From NCBI RefSeq assembly GCF_009914755.1, contig NC_060928.1: a stretch of DNA of 64,000 bases, one strand, 5' to 3'. The notes below the pieces were generated by a model, which saw only the letters and a program-made list of their open reading frames with translations, made no database searches and was not told the DNA's origin. Shown in pieces: positions 57,920 through 64,000 of this stretch. The DNA is from the human T2T-CHM13v2.0 reference genome, Homo sapiens. The number at the start of each line of letters is the position of its first letter. Positions within the stretch are counted from its first letter, which is position 1. Both the position numbers and the translations under genes were made by a program.

Positions 57920-60165
57920 AGCATAACCCCAACATTTGTTTTCGTACCAAAGTCTGTTAATTTTTAGTCCTTTTGCAGTAGAGTTTCCACTATTTGCTAT
58001 AGCTTATTCGGCAACATATTATTATCTAATAGTTTCTTTAAGGAAATGTAATTGAAATTATTTTTCCTGAATCTATTTTTTGTTAATTAGTTTTCTTGCC
58101 TTATACTTGAATGATACTCTGGCTAGGTATATACTTCTCGCATCAGTTTTTTAATTCATATCATAGGCAAGGCTCATTGCTTTCTAGTGTTAAATGTTGC
58201 TGTAAAAAATCTATTTCCTCTTGATAGATGATTTTTCTTTACCTAGTTTCTTCATACATTTTTTTCTTTAAGTTTTGTGTCTAGCAAATTTACTAGAACA
58301 GATATTAGGGTTAATGATACTTTACCAATGTTTTTCTTGTAATCATTCAATTTGTAGACATAAGTCTTCTTTCATTATTCAAACATTTTTAAAAATTATA
58401 TTCAATATTTAAATTTTCTTAAATAGGGAGACCAGCTATTAAGTCTATGAACTCCATTTTGATTGTCTTTGTCAATTATAGTCTCAAAATTCCTTTTTAT
58501 CTTTTGTTTATTTCCTTTGTATTTCTTTGGGTTGTATTTTGCTCTCATTTCAGTTTTCACTACAGCTTCCTGAGTTTATGCATTTGACACTTATTTTTGT
58601 CATGTTTTTATTTTAGTACTTTTCTTTCTAATGTTCTGATAAATAATCTGTGAGCTTCTTTTGTTCTTGTTTGATAAAGGCAATTGTATTACATTTTTTG
58701 AGAAAAATTTAAATAAATATGTTTGGTCACACTCTTTATCTGTTTCATAGCAAATTTTGCCACCAGTTTTCCTCCTGTTGCCATTTGTTTTCTTCTACTG
58801 CCATTTATTTTTCATACATTTGTCATTATCTTTTTAGGGAACATGTGAATATTATTTATTATTGAATAATGTATATTCTTGCTGGACCAACTATCTTCAA
58901 GAGGTTCCTGTCTGTAAAAGGATAAGGATCCTAGTCCAAGATTAACTAGACTTCTTTTCATGTCACTGTGTGTGTGTGTGTGTGCATGTGTGTGTGTGTG
59001 CACGCACATGCACATTAGATATTGTTGGCTTTTCTTTTCAGCCATTCAAGACCAGCCTCACAGGGATGTTACTCACAAGAACTCTTTCCTCTCTCCTCCT
59101 CTACTTACTTTCTTCATTTACAATTATGGATTTTCTGTCCAATTTCACACTGAACTGTGCCTTCCAGTTTCTTTTTAACTTTATGTCGACTGAAGTACAC
59201 AAAACTTCCTGATGCTAGCCCCATTTCCATGTTCTTAACGTTCTCAAAAATGGATTTTTGGTTTTACTCATCAGAAGTTTCAATTCTAGGGCACTGGCAG
59301 TGCTCCACTGTCTTGTGTTCAGTAGTGTATCTTAAATCTTCCCAGTACCCTGGGGGACATGCCCATAATCCCAACAGTAAATCGTTTCTATTTTAACTTT
59401 ATAATGAGATGAGTTGTCAAGAATGCACACATCCATTTAATAATAAACATATAGCACATGCCCATAACTCCAAGAGTTTCCCCATACTTCCTTGCTGTCA
59501 CTGCAGCCCTTTTCACTTAACTCCAGGTCCAGCACAGATGCTAATCTGCTTTCTGTCATTATAGATTTATTTGGACCATTTTAGAATTTACAATGTGTCA
59601 ATAGTAGACGTTATTCTAAGGATACCTTAAACCTACCAACCAGTCTACCACTTGCATTCTCATTTGTCTGAACTCAAAGGGCTCCACACACTGTATGAGT
59701 TCTAAGAATTATCCAGTTTACAGTCCCCTGGTATCTGTTTGCTCTTTGTTCAACCTTATGGATTTTCACCTTATGGTTGCAAAATGGACTATCATTATCC
59801 TTAGCATCCTTTCTTAAAGAGCTTCTTATTGTTTTTCACTAAGTAACCCCCTTCTTCTCTGTTATACTATCTAGTTAATTCTAATATCTTAGCTTTCTTA
59901 AACTCTGATCTTTGCTTTTTTAACTCATGAAAACTGCAACATTCTACTTTGGTTTTTCCTTCCATTGGAGCATATGAGAATGTGCCCCTAGGCAGAAGTA
60001 TGATAAGTTATAAAGCTCTCCTCATTTGTTTCTTTTCTAAGGGATTGTAGATTATGCCCAACAGTTGTCAAAAATCTGTAAACACCTATATTTTTTTCTG
60101 CTTTCTAGTTGTCTATGCAGTAAGGCAAGTTACCCAGTCATGACTGGAAACTGGAACATGCCTTA
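57920..60165 (-). mobile_element. Mosaic of degraded L1M fragments
   Basis: 'cttgaatgatactctggctaggtat', 'ctaatctgctttctgtcattatagatt', and 5'-end-like 'gttacccagtcatgactggaaactggaa'. Confidence 0.5.
58967..59014. repeat. Imperfect (TG)n / alternating purine-pyrimidine tract
   Basis: Read directly. Confidence 0.88.
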
Positions 60166-60275
60166 TATTTGTAAGTATAAGTAGTTGAATACTTAAATGT
60201 GAAACAATGTTTATAAAATCATTAGCAAATCTAAAATAAAATTAAATGTGAGAAAATTTTATATGAGTATGCATT

Positions 60276-60670
60276 TGATATGGTTTAACCCTGTGTCCCT
60301 ACCCAAATCTCATGTTGAATTGTGATGCAAAGTGTTGGAGGTGGAGCCCGGTGGGAGGTGATTGGATCATAGGGATGGTTTCTAATGGCTTAGCACCATC
60401 CCCTTAGTACTGTCTCATGATAGAGTTCTCACAAGATCTGGTTGTTTAAAGTGTATAGCACCTCCCCCTTCACTGTCTTCCTCCTGCTCCAGCTGTGTGA
60501 GACATTCAGGCTTCCCCGTTGCCCTCTGTCATGATTGTAAGTTTCCTGAGGCTATCCCCGGCCAAGCTTCCTGTACAACCTGCATAATCATGAGCCAGCT
60601 AAGCCTCTTTTCTCTATAAATTACCCAATCTCCGGTAATTTTTATAGCATTATGAGAAAGGACTGATACA
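60276..60670 (+). mobile_element. MSTA MaLR solo LTR
   Basis: tgatatggttt...ccaaatctcatgttgaattg...catgattgtaagtttcctgaggc...ggactgataca; near-match 5-bp TSD gcatt/gcagt. Confidence 0.92.
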
Positions 60671-63146
60671 GCAGTCAATAACGTGTCAGCTTGTGACAGA
60701 TTGTATGTTTTACCGTTTACTACCTTATAAATTAATTTGCATGGGGAGGACTCAAGAAATACTTATTGGGACAAAATAAAATTAATTGACCTTAATGACG
60801 CAAACATCAAAAATATTGTTTATTTACGCAATAAAATTTTATTGGTAATTGGCTAAAATATGTTGGTTTATATTTTCTTACATTCTGCCTCATCTTAATT
60901 GACAGCACATGACTAACTTTGCTTTTGTAAAAGACATTTGAAAACTTTACAATCAAACATTTAGTGTGTTTTCTTGAATAAGAGCTCAAATTTTAGCTTG
61001 TTTAAACATTTTAAGAATTTTTTAAATTTTTTTACTGCCAAAATGTAAAAAAGCTATGACTATATGAGTATACAGCTTCTTTATTAAAACATTTTAAAAA
61101 GACAAGTTTGAATACACCCAAAGCAAAGTGAATCTTCATTTTTCTCTTGCTCACATGAAAGAATATTGAATCTTGGTGGGCTGACATTACAGCATCTTTT
61201 GTTTCCCAAATTAATTAGGTTTTAATGATTTCTTTTGAACAACTTTGTTGTCACACAGTCAAAGGTTTCACTAATATTTTGCCTCAAATTCCTTCTTGTC
61301 TCCAAATATTATTTTCTGATATAGATGTTTTTAATGTAGGTTGCTTTATTTACCTCATTTGGATACTTAGTTCTCCCATACAAAAGTCTCTGCCAGCTTA
61401 AAAAGAATTTGCTCTGTTTCACAAAAGTAGTGTTTAATGCAACTTATGTTGATAGTTTTATAACACTAACCCAGCAGAAATAGTGCTAATTTAGTATGGT
61501 TAAATTTAATTTGGAGTAAGTGCTCAAGATTGATTCCAAACCTGTTGTAACAGGTGCTTAAAAATAGAATTTTTTTAAAAAGCACAAGCCCTAAAACAAA
61601 AGACATTACATTTTAGTTTCAGGTTATTTCCAATGTAAACATTGGATTGAGCATTTTTATTGTAAAGTTAATTTTGTGCCACAAACACACATCATGAAAC
61701 AAAGGGAATTCCACTGAGATAACATTTTCAAAAAACCATAAATGCTTATATAGCATTCTGAGGTGTCTTTTATCTATAGGTGTAAATGCTAATTTGTTAA
61801 AACTGACAAAAAGAATTAAAGGCAACTTTACATGATAAATGAATAAATGAAATGCTAAATTGATGGAAATGTTGCATTCTTTAAATGTCAACATGTGTTG
61901 TTGAATTCAGTGTCCTCATACTGTTCTGTATTTCACTCTGATAGAATGGTATTTGCTGGAATAACCTTCAGATTTGTGGAAAGGTTCAAAAATATTAAAT
62001 TATTTTTTCAATGCGTTAGATATAAAATTCCCAGAACACTGTCTTGCCAGGGCAGATAGTTCAACTCAGAGCTAAGTACTAAAATTTCTCATCTAATGAA
62101 AGGTCTTGTTTTATTCTTAGAAGCTCAGTTCATAAGTGTCATTTTTTTAATTAATTGGAATTTTTATCCATATAACTAAAGAAGTAATATATGGGAGACA
62201 ATATTTGTCTCATATGTCTAACACATGGTTGCTTATGACAGTGGCACTAATAATTGGCTTATAATTCCATAATTATTAAAATGGACTATCAATAGTTCAC
62301 CCATGTTAGCATTACATATCTAGCAATCCTGTGACATATAAAATACACAGGACCTATGTAGTAGATTTTAAAAGCCCACTCACATAGAAAGAGAGCATAA
62401 ACCACAGGTTTTTATGGGATTCAAAATCAACACTGAGAAGTAAAAACGTGTGGATCAAAATAGCTATAAACAGATGTGAGATTGTGGCTGTCCATACATA
62501 ATAGTAGTTTTACAAAGAAATACTTACTCAACATTAAAAAAATTTATAAAGAAGAAAGTTACTGAGCTAATAGCTTCATGCTTCAAAGCAAAGAGAATTA
62601 CTTCATAGTGAGAAATATGAAAAAAAAGAAGGACATAACATGAAACCAAGTACTTTGACAGAAAACAACATAAAATATAAATGTGGCAATATGGAAAAGA
62701 TAACTTATGAAATCAGGAGAAGATGGGATAGAAACCTATGAAAATCACCCTTTCTATATTCTATATTTCAATAGTTTAAACCATCTTGTTTCCACTGCTG
62801 CAAGATTTTTTATTATTTACAATGTGATGGAAAAGTAATTATTCCCTACTGTTTTATTATGTAGCTGGACATCCTCTTGCACACCCTACTTGTCCTCTCT
62901 CTTTCTCCTGTCTTACACCTTCTGAGAGACATGATTGATTCATCGGAGTGAAGATTTTCAGAGGAGCTAAACAAATGTAACTCAACCCCTTCCTTCCATC
63001 CCTCTCATTCCCTCCCCTCATTTTCTCCCTTTTAAGATCTACCAGTCTGCAGAGATTAGTGCTTTGGGCTACCGTTGGCCAGACAAGAAAACTTACTGAT
63101 AAAGGAAAAATTCCTGGGAAAATTGATCTAAATTTGATGGATGTGA

Positions 63147-63541
<395 letters not shown>

Positions 63542-64000
63542 CAGAGGCTTTGACTGATACAAATTTCTGTCCAAACTACACCCATTCTAGTGTGATACAG
63601 CCAAGGCTACAACTGCAGAAAGAACCCCAACTCTTATATAGATCTTAGGATTTTTCTTGCTGAATTCAGCAAAAGAGAAAATGATATGGGACAAATTTTC
63701 AATTTAAATTTCTTGGAATATTAACTCAAAAGAGCAGGAGAATTAAAATGTAAACTTTAATTTCTTTAGATTTTGAGTTACAAAGCAATCTAAATGTAGG
63801 ATACTAACTCCCTCCATAAGAAGCTTACAGCCGGAGAAGATAGGTAATCAAATATAGGGAATCTAATTATTGGCAACATTTTTTTAGGGTAGCTTTACAT
63901 CATTTTTAACTTTATTTCAAAATCTCTAGTTGGCTATGTTGAACGATGAGGCTGCTAATAAATTGAGACCAGCATTTTAGTAGGTAGTGACTTTTGACAT

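Overview
AT-rich primate (human-like) genomic DNA with no recognisable protein-coding gene, RNA gene, CpG island or prokaryotic feature. It reads as gene-desert or deep-intronic sequence. The window is a mosaic of interspersed repeats: about 10 Alu or Alu-monomer copies, four L1PA copies, many old L1M, L2 and MIR remnants, MaLR/ERV solo LTRs (MSTA/MSTB, MLT1F-, LTR33/LTR16-, MER67- and MER21-like), DNA transposons (MER1A, MER45B, MER8) and microsatellites. The ORFs in the track that I could recognise come from L1 ORF2, Alu or low-complexity sequence, and the rest look like chance ORFs. I found no evidence for a new multi-gene system. The most unusual structures are these. (1) A ~780-bp almost pure A/T insert inside a MIR, flanked by an 18-bp direct repeat and built partly from hairpin copies of its own flank. 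(2) An L1PA7-like insertion flanked by a ~100-bp apparent target-site duplication. (3) A 60-bp fold-back duplication inside an old L1. (4) A compound microsatellite expanded inside L1 ORF2. (5) Two + strand candidate exons and two E-box clusters in repeat-poor DNA. Repeat subfamily names come from my recollection of consensus sequences, not from a database search. Boundaries of the old elements are approximate.
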